Positions 25,919-39,110 of a stretch of DNA of 64,000 bases are shown one piece after another. Source of the stretch: Lama guanicoe. Lineage: Eukaryota. The notes beneath the pieces were generated by a model, which ran no database searches, had not been told where the DNA came from, and worked only from the letters and a program-made list of their open reading frames with translations. The position numbers and the translations under genes were made by a program. How positions within the stretch are numbered: the first letter of the stretch is position 1; each line of letters opens with the position of its first letter. The stretch is taken from positions 4,615,567-4,679,566 of the forward strand of contig MU053629.1 in the NCBI GenBank assembly GCA_013239625.1. The letters run 5' to 3'.

Positions 25919-28564
25919 GTAAGTATAAGGCGTCACCTCTGTGGGTGGCTTACTCTTTCTAGCCAAGCCTTATTCTCCTTACATCCTCAGGACTTTTTTC
26001 TTTTGCTTTTGCTTTTTCTTCAATCCCTATTAACTGCCAGGGCCTACTTAATTCTCATTATCTATGTCCTTTTTTCTTTTCATAGACCAACTCACAGTAA
26101 GGACATAGACACATGATGTCTTCAGACTTAACGATACTCTGACCCGTTCTAATTTCATGTGTTTGCAGGGATCTTACTGCTCTTGTTAACCAGTAAAATT
26201 TCCAAGTTCTTCAGAGAGAAAGTTGTTTGAGGAACATTTTATAGGGCATATATAATTAGAAAATACTTGGAAAGTCTAAATTATTGTAATAAAACCGTCT
26301 ATAAGAAAATACTACTTTATTCTTAAAATGTTTTGCAGACTCTTTATGTGCTTGGTTTTAATTTTTTTTTCACCAGCTGTTTCTAGGAATGTTTTCCGTT
26401 TGTGATCAGAAGCAGTTTTCCTGTTTTCTGTATTCATGAATAAACTGACTAAAATATATCAACTAAATTAACATGACTATATAAACTCCAGATTTCAAAT
26501 TTGGAATGACGTATGGAGGCTAAACGGTGTCTAAGAGAAGCCATGGGGTGGTGTAATAGTAAACAGTTGCTAAACTAAAGGCACTCTAGTAACTTAAGCG
26601 GCTTAATGCAGAACAAAGTGATTATACCATGTACCATTTAATTAAGTGGCTGATTTTCGCATTCATTATACATCAAACTGACTACTCAGTCCTTTAATCC
26701 AACATGGACACTTATTTAGTCTTAGTTCATTGTAATTCACAGCTTTCCTTTTTTCTTCCTAATTATTAGTGTGAACTGCCCGGGGTGATGAGAACTTTCT
26801 TTTCTGAGGCTCTTGCTGCTAAGTAGCTTCTAATGTACATGTTTAGGTAGATTAGTATGAAATTTGAGTGCTTAAATCACTATTTTAGATGAAAATAAAA
26901 ATGTTTCATTTCCTCTTTTAATCTCAGGGGGAATGAATGCTTTGTGGCTTTTGGCAGTTCTTGGCTCTAAAGTTTAATAACACGTATAGTAAAGGGCGAA
27001 AAAAGGCAGGGATACCAATTGAAAAAGAAAAAGGTATATGAGTTCTGTGTGCTCAATTATCTATTGAACTTGGCTAACAGAGGAATCTGCCTTCTTCAGT
27101 AGAGAAGCACATTCTTCCTGGACTTCATAAATCTTGCCTGTGTCTTGTGTAGGGCAGCCACACAAGGCTGTCGGTCTTTTCAATTCTGCTGGAATGGGAA
27201 GCCTGTGGAGTGAATGGAGTCAGCAAAAAATAATAGTACTAATAATCCAGCTTCAGCGCAGGGCTTACCTATTGGGTCATTGCAAACATGACAATGGTTT
27301 TAGTGAAAGGCATTTGAAATAAGTGCTAGCCCAAAGCATTGTTTACATTTGCCCTTGCATTTTTAAAAATTAGGGTGGTTTTTCTTTTCTAAAATGTGTC
27401 CAATTTCTCCAGCTTTTATGGCTCATCAGGTCATAGTAATGAAAACTGCCTGTGGCCAGAGTGAAAAAAAAATGCTTTTGATAATTTTGCTCTTCATCTG
27501 CCACTTCTTATAAACTCTGCTGGTGCCTGAGCTTATGTAAAGCCTCCAAAGTATATTTTTTTAATGAAATTTTAGTAGACTGAAACTTGGATAATCCTTT
27601 GTTGCAGCTGACAGGCGTCAGTGGAAGGGTCCTCCCAACAGAAATAAGACTCGCAAATTGGTGGTTTGTAGGACATGATTCCCAAAGTAAATGTTTGCAC
27701 AGCCTGGTTGGGTTCCCAGTGTCTTTGACCAGCTCTCCTCTGATGTTCTGAACAATGCACCCGCATCGTTCGCGGAGTTCCCTCAGTGAGGCCAAGAAAG
27801 CACATGGGTTCTGTTGCCAAGTCAGAAGCAACAGAACCAGAGGCGAGAGGGGGGAAATAGGTGTATGATGAATACTGCTTTGTATTTTTGTGCCAGTCAC
27901 TAATAAATCTTTTACGTACAAATACTGTCATGTAACCTTCCCAGTAACTGTAATGTGCAGGTTGTTGCACCTATTGTGTATGAGTGCAGGATGAGGTGTA
28001 GAAAAAGTTAAACAGCTTGCCCGGAATTACCACATAACCCAGTCAGTGATAATTAGAACCCAGGGCACTTTGACTCCAGGCCCCATGCTCTTTACTGTGC
28101 TTTCCTAAGACAGAAAAAAGAAGAGGAAGAGATGAAAGGGGGAAAAAAGGTTAAAAAGCTAAAAAAAAATACAAATGAGAGAATACTGGAATAACATATA
28201 TAGTTATTTCAGGTTCTTTTTGTATCTTAGAACCACGTCTAGGCATCTCTGCCTCTGCAAATTGACTTTGTTTTCCAGGCTCTAATAATCTGGCATGCTG
28301 TGCAGGTCCACAGACCCAAGGTTCATTACAGAACGGACCCTGTCAGCCTTTATGATATGTTGTCCAAATTTTCTTTTTTTAGGATGTATGGCAAGAGGAT
28401 ATTTTCCCAGAAAAAGAAATCCATATAAACTGGTGGTTTCAGCCTCCCACCTTGCTCAGTGATTTTTATCCACTTTCCATTTGAACCTGGTCTCCTATAA
28501 GGAGGAGTGCCTTTCTGCCTTTCCCTGCCATCTAATACATTTTATTTTTCCTCTCATTTCTGAA

Positions 28565-28700
28565 GCGGTGACACTGTGTACTGTATTTTGAGTGCTAATG
28601 TTGATTGAAGTTGTCCCTGAAGGGACGTGCACTTGACATGTCAAGGAGTGAGTGATTGACAGCAGGTATAAGTACTTTTAGTGTCAAGGCTTTGTCAAGT
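28565..28700. promoter_or_regulatory. Candidate PBX/MEIS (TALE) enhancer
   Basis: TGATTGACAG at 28653-28662; palindrome CTTGACATGTCAAG at 28632-28645; six TGACA/TGTCA in ~130 bp. Confidence 0.5.
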
Positions 28701-29801
28701 CATTGCTGTGAGACCTAGCCTAGTGAATACCAATAATACCCTCTAGGTTTTCATCGGACTGAGTCTAGCTCCCTGTACACTTATTCTTCTTTTAAAGGAA
28801 AATATAGTCTATTTTGACAACATTAGAAGAATATTTTCTTTTTGAATCTCAAGCAAAATTTATAATTTTAGCAAGTATCATAAAATCAGTATTTGTTTTA
28901 CTTTTTTCTGCCTGGTAATCTGAATATGGTGGATTGCCTTCCCTTATGTGTCTTCTGATTATTCATTTTCTCTGGGGCCAGTTCTTAGTGATGAGTTATC
29001 TTTAATGAGAAGGTTTTATAACCTCATATAAGTTGAGGTTTAACTCTATTTCTAGAGCTCAGAAGATGATTACTTCCATGCTAAATAAGATGACCCTGTC
29101 CTACTACTCAAAGAAAAACATTGTTTTTATTATTTGATGTTATTTTTTTTAAAAGCATTTGAGGAAATATTTTTGTCCTGTTTACTCCTTCTGTGTTATT
29201 ATTACTATGTTGATATTTTATTTCTTTACTGTCTTACTGTCCAGAGCACATGTGTTTTATTGTAATGCCACTAATTCTGAACCCTGGAAGAAATAATTTG
29301 CTATGAACATGTATTCCATTCTCTTAAAATAGATAAATCATAGAATTGATCTTAGCAAATTTTTCAGGAATACGTTCTGATCTATGAGAACAATTAAAAT
29401 GTTAACTTCTGCTCAGCATTGATTGATACAGATTTTAGCTTCTTCTTGATCTTTAGTATTTGGAAATTGGGTTTTTCCCTTTGCATTTCTGTTTTTAATA
29501 TTGCTCTTAACCTTTTTTGATCCAGTGAAATCCTTGCATATTTAGCCTCAGCCCTCTTTTCACCAGTCTCAAGATATGTAAATCACTTAGTTATTTCTCA
29601 TAATGGTAATTTTTCTTATTCTTATATTCCTGACCCACCTAGATTTTTCTGTAATGATGGCTACTTTTAAATTCTTGTAGTAAACTTTGAGTAATAGTAG
29701 TTTGTTCATTGTATGTGATTAATTAACCCCCCCAAAACCAAAACCAAAACCAAATAAAATTTACATCTCCGTTTACAGCAATTTCTATATAAAGATTTTT
29801 A

Positions 29802-29948
29802 TTTTTTTAAATTTTTTTGTTTCCTTTTTTGTTTTGGGGGGAAGTAATTAGGTTTGTTTATTTATTTTGGTGAAAGTACTGGGGATTGAACCCCGGACCT
29901 TGGGCATGCTAGGCATGTGCTCTACCACTGACCTGTACCCTCCCCCCG
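29802..29948 (-). mobile_element. tRNA-derived SINE (Vic-1-like)
   Basis: Reverse complement of the same consensus; TSD agattttta (29793-29801 / 29949-29957). Confidence 0.9.
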
Positions 29949-30254
29949 AGATTTTTAAAGCTTTTAATAATTTAATCTCTCACCCAGAAGGTAGCACTTG
30001 TAACCCATGTACTTAGGGTCTTGGAAACATCATCTTTTCTGTATCTTATTTGAGTAATTGTTCTTAACTCAGCCTGTTAAATTCAGAAATCCAAAACCTA
30101 ACTCAGATGTCTGTGTTTCCTCATTGTATTTCCCTCACTTGCCCCTTCAGTATTGTCGACATGACCTCACACATATGCTTTCATGAGCCAGACTGAAGAT
30201 CATTGTCTTGGTACACTTTGTTCTTTCCTACCCCAGTGTCATTTAAAACATTTC

Positions 30255-30750
30255 GGGGGAAACTTTTTATTTCAAGGTTGCTTTAAACGTAGAGAAAAGT
30301 TGTGAGAAGAACAGTAAGAATTCCCACAGATGCTTCACCCAGATTCCCCAATTGTGAACAATTAAGCACGTTTGATTAAAAATATATATACACCTATTTT
30401 TCCTGAAACATTTTAAACAAGTTGTAGATATCATGACCCTTTACTCCTAAATACTTCAGATGTATATTTCCTAAGCACAGAGACATTCTCTTACCTCATC
30501 ACTTTAGGTTGATCAAAACTAGAAAATTAGCACTGGTGCAGTGTTACTATCTTATCACCAGTCCTTATTCAGATTTTGCCAGTTGTCCAGTAATACCCTT
30601 TATAGACCAAAAGAAAAAAGTTCTCATCCAGCATCCAGTCTAGGATTATACACTGCATTTAGTCGTCACGTCTCTTTAGTTTCCGTTAACCTCCAACAGT
30701 GTTTCCGTGTTTCTTTGTCTTCCGTGACCTTGGTGTTTTTGAAGAGTACA
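30255..30750 (-). mobile_element. L1MC-type 3' UTR fragment
   Basis: 'agagaaaagttg...ttcacccagattcccca...tactcctaaatacttcag...tttcctaag'. Confidence 0.7.
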
Positions 30751-31352
30751 CTGCCCCAACACTCTGATCATGTATGTGTTTTTACCTTGGACTGAATGCT
30801 TTTTTCACTTTTCTTCACATCAGTTAACCCTGTTCCTCAAGGCCTGGCACTCTGGCAAAGGCTTTCTGACTCCTATCAGGGAAAGCAGTTTTTAGTTCAC
30901 CAGTTGCCTTCATTAGTTAACTTTTTAGAAATGTCTCTCCTTGGTCATAAATGTCACGACTTAAATTCTCTTTTCACATACAGAAGTGTAGAGAAATAAA
31001 AAGCGAAAATCTTTGCCCCTTTTTCCTGCCCCTCTCCTTTCCAGCCATACATACCATCCGCTAAGAACTCAGTCAAAGAACTTGCCAGGCCATTTTATAT
31101 GCACATATACTTACTTCACTCATTGACCACGCCTTAGCTTGAGAACATGGTAAGCTCATTAAAGGAAGGAACTGTAGCTTATACGTCCAGCATCCCCACA
31201 GAGCCTGGCACAGAAATGGGAGGTGTTCAATAAGTGCTTGTTGGTTAACCGACTTTTGAAGGAAGAATTATAGTTGATATGATTATATGTTCAAATGTGG
31301 AAAGTTCCTTATAAAAACCATCATTGTCCTGTTTTCTCTTTCTCGAATTTAG

Positions 31353-31401
31353 GTTGTTAAAGGCCTTACTTATTTGTGGAGTTTAAAGATTTTACATAGA
31401 G
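31353..31401 (+). CDS. MAP2K5: MAP2K5 coding exon (~exon 13), 49 nt: VVKGLTYLWSLKILHR(D)
   Basis: tttag|GTT acceptor and G|gtatgt donor; carries HR of the HRD motif. Confidence 0.97.
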
Positions 31402-34400
31402 GTATGTACTTACAAGCTCTAACTTAATTTGGGATGAGATGGGGAGCTTTCTGGATACGCTGATTTTTAAAGTGAATAAATGATCTAATATTTAAGTCAG
31501 GTGATATATTTGATAGTCAGAAGATGGCTGGCTGCTTTATAAATGTTATTTTAAAAGGTTTTCACCCTTAATTGCTCTGATTTAGATTATAAACTTGGTA
31601 TTGCATTTTGGTAAATAATGTTTGCAAAACATGTAAAATGGTATTTCATAGTATTTGAAAATGACAGAATCTTATTTTTCTTAGTTAACTCTAGTTAATG
31701 CAGAACCTTCACTATCTGTACAATTGCGTCCCTTCCTTTTATTAACATTTCAAATATCCTTATATGCTGCTCCTTAAGAGATTACTTAATATACTTTGAA
31801 AGTAAAACTTTAAAGAAGGAATTGGTGACTGCATCAGAAATTAGTCTCCTAGCCTATTAACAGAACACATGAGAAGAATAATCAGATAACTATTGAATGT
31901 TGCAAAAGGAACCTCCCTTTGCATTTTTTTTTATTATTCCCAAAATGTCTGAATCCATTTGGAGCAAGTAATTAAGTGAGAAACAGACTATGTAACAAAG
32001 CAACTCCAAGTTGGCCTAATGTTACTAGCAGTACTGCTTAGTCTTACACATCTGCTCAGCCTGGCTTTATGCACGTTCGGGGAAATGCAACGGCATACGC
32101 ATTAGATGTGATTAAAGGAAAGGTTTTTATGTTTTTTTTTCTCCAAAAGATTCAAGTTATGAGAGCGAGAAGATAACTGATGTCTTCAGTTGTAGTACCA
32201 CATCTGTCACTTAGGCTTGTGTTTTGTTATGGTGGTTTTAATATCCCAGTGATTCCAAATTTCTTCTTAAATAATTCTTCCTCTTCTGAAGAGGATGTGT
32301 CAATTCTGACAAGTAAAACTTTCAGTTCAGCTCTGGAAGGCATTTATGCTGATTAAATGGAATCATAAAGCAAGTTTTTCTTTAAAGCTGTAGAGTGTAT
32401 AGTTGGTACAAAATGTGGGGTGAGTGAGCCCAGTGTGTTCGTATTCTTCTTGGGGATAAATCTCTCTTGGAGGAGAGAAAAAGGGAGCATTTCCTCCCCC
32501 AAGATGAAGAGAGAATGATATTTAACATAACACGACTTATATGGCTTTCATTCCCTGTACGCCCACCTCCCCACATCACCAGCCCATAAAGTGGTGATGG
32601 CCGTTTTAACAGGAATTAACACAGTGGTCCGGCCTTGTCATTTTATTGATTTGTATGGACATCTGCTATCCATTTGACAAAGGTACTCAAGGAACTCATC
32701 AGTTCTCAGTAGCAGAGCCTTCATTAAAAGGCCCTTGCTATGGAAATGCAAATGTTATAGGATGGTGTATAGTTAAGGTGTTCCTCAGGATCGTCCTATA
32801 CTGCGGGCATGTGGCACAGTTTTGACTTACAGTGAATTCTCACTAGCTATATCTTTCTGTGCAGACTCCTACTAGCACTAAGAACTGCGGCGGAGAGGGT
32901 AATCCTGTCCAGTTATTCTGCAGTCGTCTTTGTTTTTCTTCTTTAAAAATCATTAGTTTTACTTCTACTCTCTGTTTTAGAGGAATAATTGAATTTTTCA
33001 CTCAAAATGAAATCTTGATAGATGTGTTTCAAGTGGATTTGTGTGTGGATCTAAAAATAAAGTCTACAGTGTTGGTCACAGTCCCAGTACCACCACCCTG
33101 TGACCATGGTGGGCACATGTGGTTGACCAGAACCGCTCTGCAGGGTGGGTCCACCTCCCCAGCTCTGCGTGCACTTCGGGCTAAGAAAGGGTTCTCTGAT
33201 CCGTGATGTGCTGAGGGCCTCGGTGCTTTGACTGACAGAGGATGTAGAGGTTTCAAGAAGGAATCCCAAGCCTGTGTTTCCCTTTTCAGTGCTGGCCAGC
33301 CCACTTCCTACAGAGAGCAACCACTGTAAGGAAAGCGGGCATCTGTGGAGGCTGAGTGAGGATGCTGGGAGCGGGCCAGCCAGCCCTCTGAAAGGATTTC
33401 AGTTTTAAATAAGCACCACTGAGTGAACGTGCACCTGCATCTGGGTAGATGGAAGGACTGACGAGTAACAGTCCACATGAGCAGTTTTTCCCCAGTAACT
33501 GTGGGTCCTCAACTATAGAAATAATATGCTGTGGTAATATACCTCGCTAAATACACATGTTTAGCTTTTGAGTTTCCTTTTTATTTGTGGAAACTTTTAC
33601 CTTCTGGATTTAAAAGCATGTGTTTTTATTGAAGAGTGGGCAAAGCCAGGTGTCCCTGAAGACTTTTATAAAGCTTTGGAATGAGAAATTCACTCTAGAT
33701 TGAGTAGTTGTTAACTTAATATTTTAGAGGTTTTTGTCCATATTTAATAACTTGAATTTCATAAAAATAAGATTAAAGATGCCTTTTATTTACCAAAAAG
33801 CTATTTAATTTTCTCCTTGATTAAAAAATTGTAGCTTTTTAGATCAGTTCAATCAGGCAATTAAAGATCAGAGCTTTTAACTTCAGCTAAGGCAATTAAA
33901 TAGGTAATATACTTGTTTATACACTTTTACTGTGCAAGCTCATTGCTTATCTTCTTAAAAGCACATATCCTCATTTTTCCTTTCTCGAAATGAATGATGA
34001 TGGGAGTTCTAGCTGAATATGTGTCACATTGTCAAATCAAAGACAGTGGTCCTTGTGCAGGAGGGGGAGCCTGGTATGAGGCTCTGAGAAGACAGCGTGA
34101 AAAGAAGACGGGGAAAGAGAAACACTAATGAGTGATCTAGGCCTCTTTCTCCTTTGTCTCAGTCTAAGTGCTTGTGTTTTCCTCTGATCTTCATTTTCTT
34201 CCCTCCCAAATGCTTCCCCTAAAAATCAGGGTCTTGTACTCATGAACACAAATTTTAGAAGATTAAGAAATGAAAAAATACTCAGTTACCTAATGAGAAA
34301 ATAAAACAAACTATTTGTCACATTTAGATGGCTTCCTTGAAACACAGCAGCCCTGAATTTGTAGCATAAAACAGATACTATATATAAAAACAGTATATGG

Positions 34401-35739
34401 TGGAATTGATAAAATGTGGTTAATGACTTTCAGACGAGCTGTTGGCAATCGAGCCTTTCCTAGAGCTTAGACCCGGTGAGGACCAGGGAGTAGAATGAAA
34501 TCTGAGCAACAAGCAGTGACAGGACACCCGTCCACCCCGCGAGGCTTGTTAGTCTGGTACTGGTCTCGGTCAGTTTATTTGCGTGTTATGTCAACTGGAA
34601 ATTTTTTAGAAATTGATGTGCATCAGTTGCCATTCATAATGGATCATCAAATATTATATTCAATCAGGTTTCACTGCTGTTTAAGTGGGTCTTTTTAAGA
34701 TTTGATTGAGATGATATATATGAAAGTACTTTATAAACTATCAGATACTAATAATACAGGTATGTTTTAATTATATAGTAACTATTCTTAGAATTAACCA
34801 CTTTATGCTGTTCATAAACATACCCCACTCCCAAATCAAGCCAGGGAAGTTTATTATCATTTGTATTACCTCCAAAAATTATGCAAATCTTTTCTCCAAG
34901 ATAAACATGTGACATCACCTGAGGACAAAATTGTTGAAACTCTTTGAAACTTCCACCAAGATCAGCTACTGTGGAAAACCTGTCTTTATTAAAAAGTGCA
35001 CATTTGAGCTCTATAAGCATAGTGTGTACTGACTGGGTGAAGACAGAGGACGTGAACAGTGAGGAAGTCTGTTAGGCCAGACCCGACATTGCAGCAGACA
35101 TTGCAGCTTCACTTCAAAACATACGTCGCCACTAATGAGGTGAGAGCCCTGCATATTAATAAGCCTACAGCTCCAGTCACAGCCGTCATTACCCACATCA
35201 AACATAAATGCAAGATTAACACCTGGGCCATTTCTTCGGGAGGTGTGAGAATGCCCTGGCAGGAACTGCTCTCTCTTTCCCTGAGGATGAAAAAATAGAA
35301 ATGGAAGGGTAATGAGAAGAGAACTCAGATTAAGAAAATAAAATTGGCAATCAGGCTGGGGCAGTCTTACACAGATGGAGAAGTTTATAGAAAGAAAAAA
35401 ATCTAGATAGTTGATGTCCCAGGATATTTTCTGTACATATGAACCTAGTTAGTTTCATTTGTTTTCTCTAATAGGAGAGCTTTTGGGTATTTTATGTTAT
35501 GTATATATTTATATTTTTTCATACTATTTTGATGGCACTGCTGCCCAAATAGATTTGTTTAGAGAACCTAAGTCTTATGGCTTCAAAAAACATGTTAGAA
35601 ATTTTATTTTCTGCCCCTGGGTCTTTTTCTTTTATAAATGTGGCTTCACACAGATCTTTGGTGCTACCGTAGATGCCAAGGCCAGTGTTGTTAGTTTGTT
35701 CACTGGACAGCTGTTTGTTGTACCCCTTCTGGGTTCCAG

Positions 35740-36300
35740 GCCCTGGATTAGATAGTTGGAATGCATTGACAGACATAAAAGGAAAGATTCTGACACTCGT
35801 GGAAACTATACTCCAACTGGGGTGGGGCAGGGTTAGGAAATTGTCCATAAATAATAAACATAAAAATGTAAATACGGTGTGTGTTAGAAGGTGGTTATTA
35901 ATATGGAGAAAAGAAAAAGTGGACCAGGCTTAGAGGAGGCAAAGGCAGGTTGTCATGTTCATCAGATGAGCCTCATAGAGAACATGAAGTTGGAGCAAAG
36001 GCTTAAAAGAGAAGAGGTCCTGGTCAGGTCAGTGTATGACGGAACAGAGCAGAAGACGCCGGGTAGGATGTGTGTGGAGTGTTCGTGGAACAGCAAGGAG
36101 GCCAGTGTCTCAGGCTGAGGGCAGGGGTAAGGGTAGAATCAGCTGTTAATTCAGGAGAGTTACAGAGGCTTAGGTCAGGGAGACAGTCATGAAGATGGGG
36201 AGAAGTGGTTAGTTTCTGGATATGTTTTAAATGTAGAGTCAGAATTTCCTGATGGATTGCTTGTGGGTTTTAAGAGGAAGAGAGGAGTCAAGGTTGCTTA
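35740..36300 (-). mobile_element. L2 fragment
   Basis: 'gaacagcaaggaggccagtgt...gagaagtgg...tctggatatgtttt...aagagaggagtcaagg'. Confidence 0.7.
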
Positions 36301-36379
36301 AACTTTCAGCCATAGTTCAGTGTACTAAAAATATTTCTTGCTACATTTTTTCTGTTAAAAGAGAGACTTTCACTAAAAT

Positions 36380-36995
36380 TAATGAAAAAACTGAAAATAC
36401 CAAATGCTGACAAGAGGTACAGAGCAGCTGAACTCTCATACATTGCTGGTGGGAAAATAAAACGGTCTAGCAACATTGGCAGCCAGCTTGGCACGATCCT
36501 ACTACATGATTTAGCAGTCCCACTCCATGTGGTTTTATTCATAATGACCCCAAGCTGGAAACAACTCAAGTGTCTTTCAACTGGTGAATGAATAAACAAA
36601 TTGTGGTACGTCCATCCATAGGATACTACTCACCAATAATAGGGGGCAAACTGCTGATTCTTGCAGTGGCGTGGATGCATCGCAAATACTTTATGCTAAA
36701 TGAAGGAAGCCAGGCTCAAAGGGCTACCTATTTTGTCACTCCACTTACATGACATTCTGGTAAAGGCAAAACTGTAAGTATGGAAACTACATCAGCAGTT
36801 GTCAAAAGGGGTAGAGGAAGGGTTGACTGTAAAGCTGTGAGGGGATGTTGGGAGATGGTGGAAATGTTCTCTATCTTGATCTTGGTGTTGGTTATATGAC
36901 TGTACACGTTTGTTAGAAAACATAGACATATACACCTAGAAAGGGTGAATTGTGCTGTAAAGTATACCTCAGTATATTAGACTTTCTTAAAAAAG
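36380..36995 (+). mobile_element. Old L1M 3' fragment
   Basis: 'gaactctcatacattgctggtggga...ctggaaacaactcaagtgtc...aacaaattgtggtac...ggaaatgttctctatcttgat'. Confidence 0.8.
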
Positions 36996-37435
36996 GATGA
37001 GAAATAAGGCATTCTTTTACTTATTAGTAGGGCAATTGAAGCTCTACTCTAGAAAGAAGTTTTCCTGCCAAAAGAGACAACCGTTCTTTCATGGGGACTT
37101 GTTGATTCTGTCATTATCACCGTAGCTCATAAAAATCCTCCCTGGGTTTGGCCTCACAGCTCACTAGCTTGGCGGGCTGAAAAATAGAATCCCTCCTGGT
37201 TAGAGGGACATCTGCAATGTTAGAAAGAGAAAGAGGAAAGAAGAGAGTGAGAGAGAAACTCAAAGGTTGCTGTTGTCCTTGGCCAGAAATTTGAAGCTTC
37301 TCAAAATGGGACAGATTTTTCTTCCCTTAGTTAAGCCATGTTTCCCTCAGATACTATTAAATAACTGCAGATGTGCAGCACTGACTTGGCCCAACTTGGA
37401 CAATTTTAAAAACTCAATTTCTGAGAAGAAATAAA

Positions 37436-37500
37436 GCTTGCTTACTTGCTTGCTTCATTCATTCATTCATTCATTCATTCATTTATTTATTTATTTATAT
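37436..37500. repeat. Compound tetranucleotide microsatellite (GCTT)n-(ATTC)n-(ATTT)n in the L1 tail
   Basis: Read directly from the sequence. Confidence 0.9.
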
Positions 37501-37677
37501 GTTTTTATTGAAGTATCATCAGTTTACAATATTGTGCCAGTTTCTGGTGTCCAGCACAATGCTTCAGTCATACATGAACATACATATATTTGTTTTCATA
37601 TTCTTTTTCACCGTAAGTTACTACAAGATACTGAATATAGTTCCCCGTGCTCTACAGTATGACCTTATTGTTTATCT

Positions 37678-37681
<4 letters not shown>

Positions 37682-37708
<27 letters not shown>
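37682..37708. repeat. (TA)n microsatellite
   Basis: About 13 TA units, read directly. Confidence 0.95.
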
Positions 37709-38221
37709 TAGTATCTGCAAATCTTAAACTCCCAATTTATCCCTTCCCACCCCCTTCCCCCTTGGTAACCATAAGTTTGTTTTCTATGTCTGTAAGTCTG
37801 TTTCTGTTTTGTAAATAAGTTTGTTTGTCTCTTTTTTAGATTCCACATATAAGTGATATCATGTGGTATTTTTCTGGTTTGATAATTTTCTTTTGCATTA
37901 GCTTGGTCTCTTTTTGGTTTTGGTGACTCAGTTGTATACTTTTGACTTGTGGTTACCCTGTTTTTCAAGAGTGTTAACCGCTTACTAGATCTGTTTGCTT
38001 TAGACTTGTAGTCATACAACACATGCTCAAACACATCCTAAAAAGAACGAAGAAAAAAAAAAGAAAGAGAGAGTGAAAAATCTATATTTTCTTGCTCCCC
38101 TCTCCCACCTTTTATGATTTTGATGTCCTTTTTTTTTTTAATATCGTCTTATTTATTCTCTTGCAACTCACATTTCCAGTTATGGTTTTCTTGTTTCTGT
38201 AGCTTCCTGCTTCTTTTCTAT

Positions 38222-39110
38222 TTAGAGTAGACCTTTCAATATTTCTTTTAGGATAAGTTTAATATTGCTGAATTCTTTTAGTTTTTGCTTGTCTGTGAAA
38301 TTATTTATCTCTGCTACTCTAAAGGATAGTCTTGTTGGATAAAGTATCCTAGGTTGCAGCTTTTTCTCATTCAGGACTTTGAATACATCTTGCCACTCCC
38401 TTCTGGCCAGCAGTGTTTTGTAGAGAAATCAGTAGAAAGCCTTATGGGGATTCCCTTATAACTACTTTTTAGTTTTTCTTTTGCTGCCTTTAGAATCATT
38501 TCTTTGTCTTTAACTTTGACCATCTTAATTATAGTATGTCTTGATGTAGGTCTGTTTGGGTTCTTCTTGTTTGGGACCCTCTGTGCTTCCTGTACTTGGA
38601 TATCTGTTTCCTTCCTTAGGTTTGGAAAGTTTTTAGTCATGATTTGTTCAAATACCTTTTCAATCCCCTTTGCTTTCTTCTCCTTCTGGGACCCATATTA
38701 TGCATAGGTTGGCACTCTATATTATCCCATCTGTCCCTTATATTGCTTTCATTGGTTTTTACTTGCTTTTCTGTCTGCTGTTCTGCTTGGGTGACTTCTG
38801 TGATCCTGTCTTCTAAGTCACTTATTTGTTCCTCTGCGTTATCTACTCTGCTTTTGACTATCTTTATCTCAGCTCTTATCTCAGCCGTTGAGTTTTCTGT
38901 TTTTAATTGGCTCCTCTTTATAGTTTCTATTTCCTTTTTTTATAGCATTCTCTGTCTTGTCTCTATTCATAGCCTCTCCTATTTCCTTCAGCGCTTTTAT
39001 TGCCCCTTTTGAAGTCATGACCTAGTAAACTGTTGAGGTCTCTCATTGTTCATTCTTTCAGGGAGTTTCTCTTGTTCTTTTCATTGGGAGTGGTTTCTCT
39101 GCTTCTTCAT
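38222..39110 (-). pseudogene. Disrupted L1 ORF1p
   Basis: Starts MKKQRNHSQ* (early stop); central NFPNLRKETDIQVQEAQRVPNKKNPNRPTSRHTIIKM...ILKAAKEK...PIRLSTDFS; ends ...KEILKGLL*. Confidence 0.85.

Noticed and set aside
27508..27970. Two overlapping minus-strand ORFs of 132-137 aa
   Set aside because: Non-ATG starts, no domain similarity and no exon structure.
5570..31978. TAATTAAGT recurring four times (5570, 12043, 26639, 31969)
   Set aside because: Roughly one copy per strand is expected by chance in 64 kb of AT-rich DNA, so the enrichment is too weak alone.
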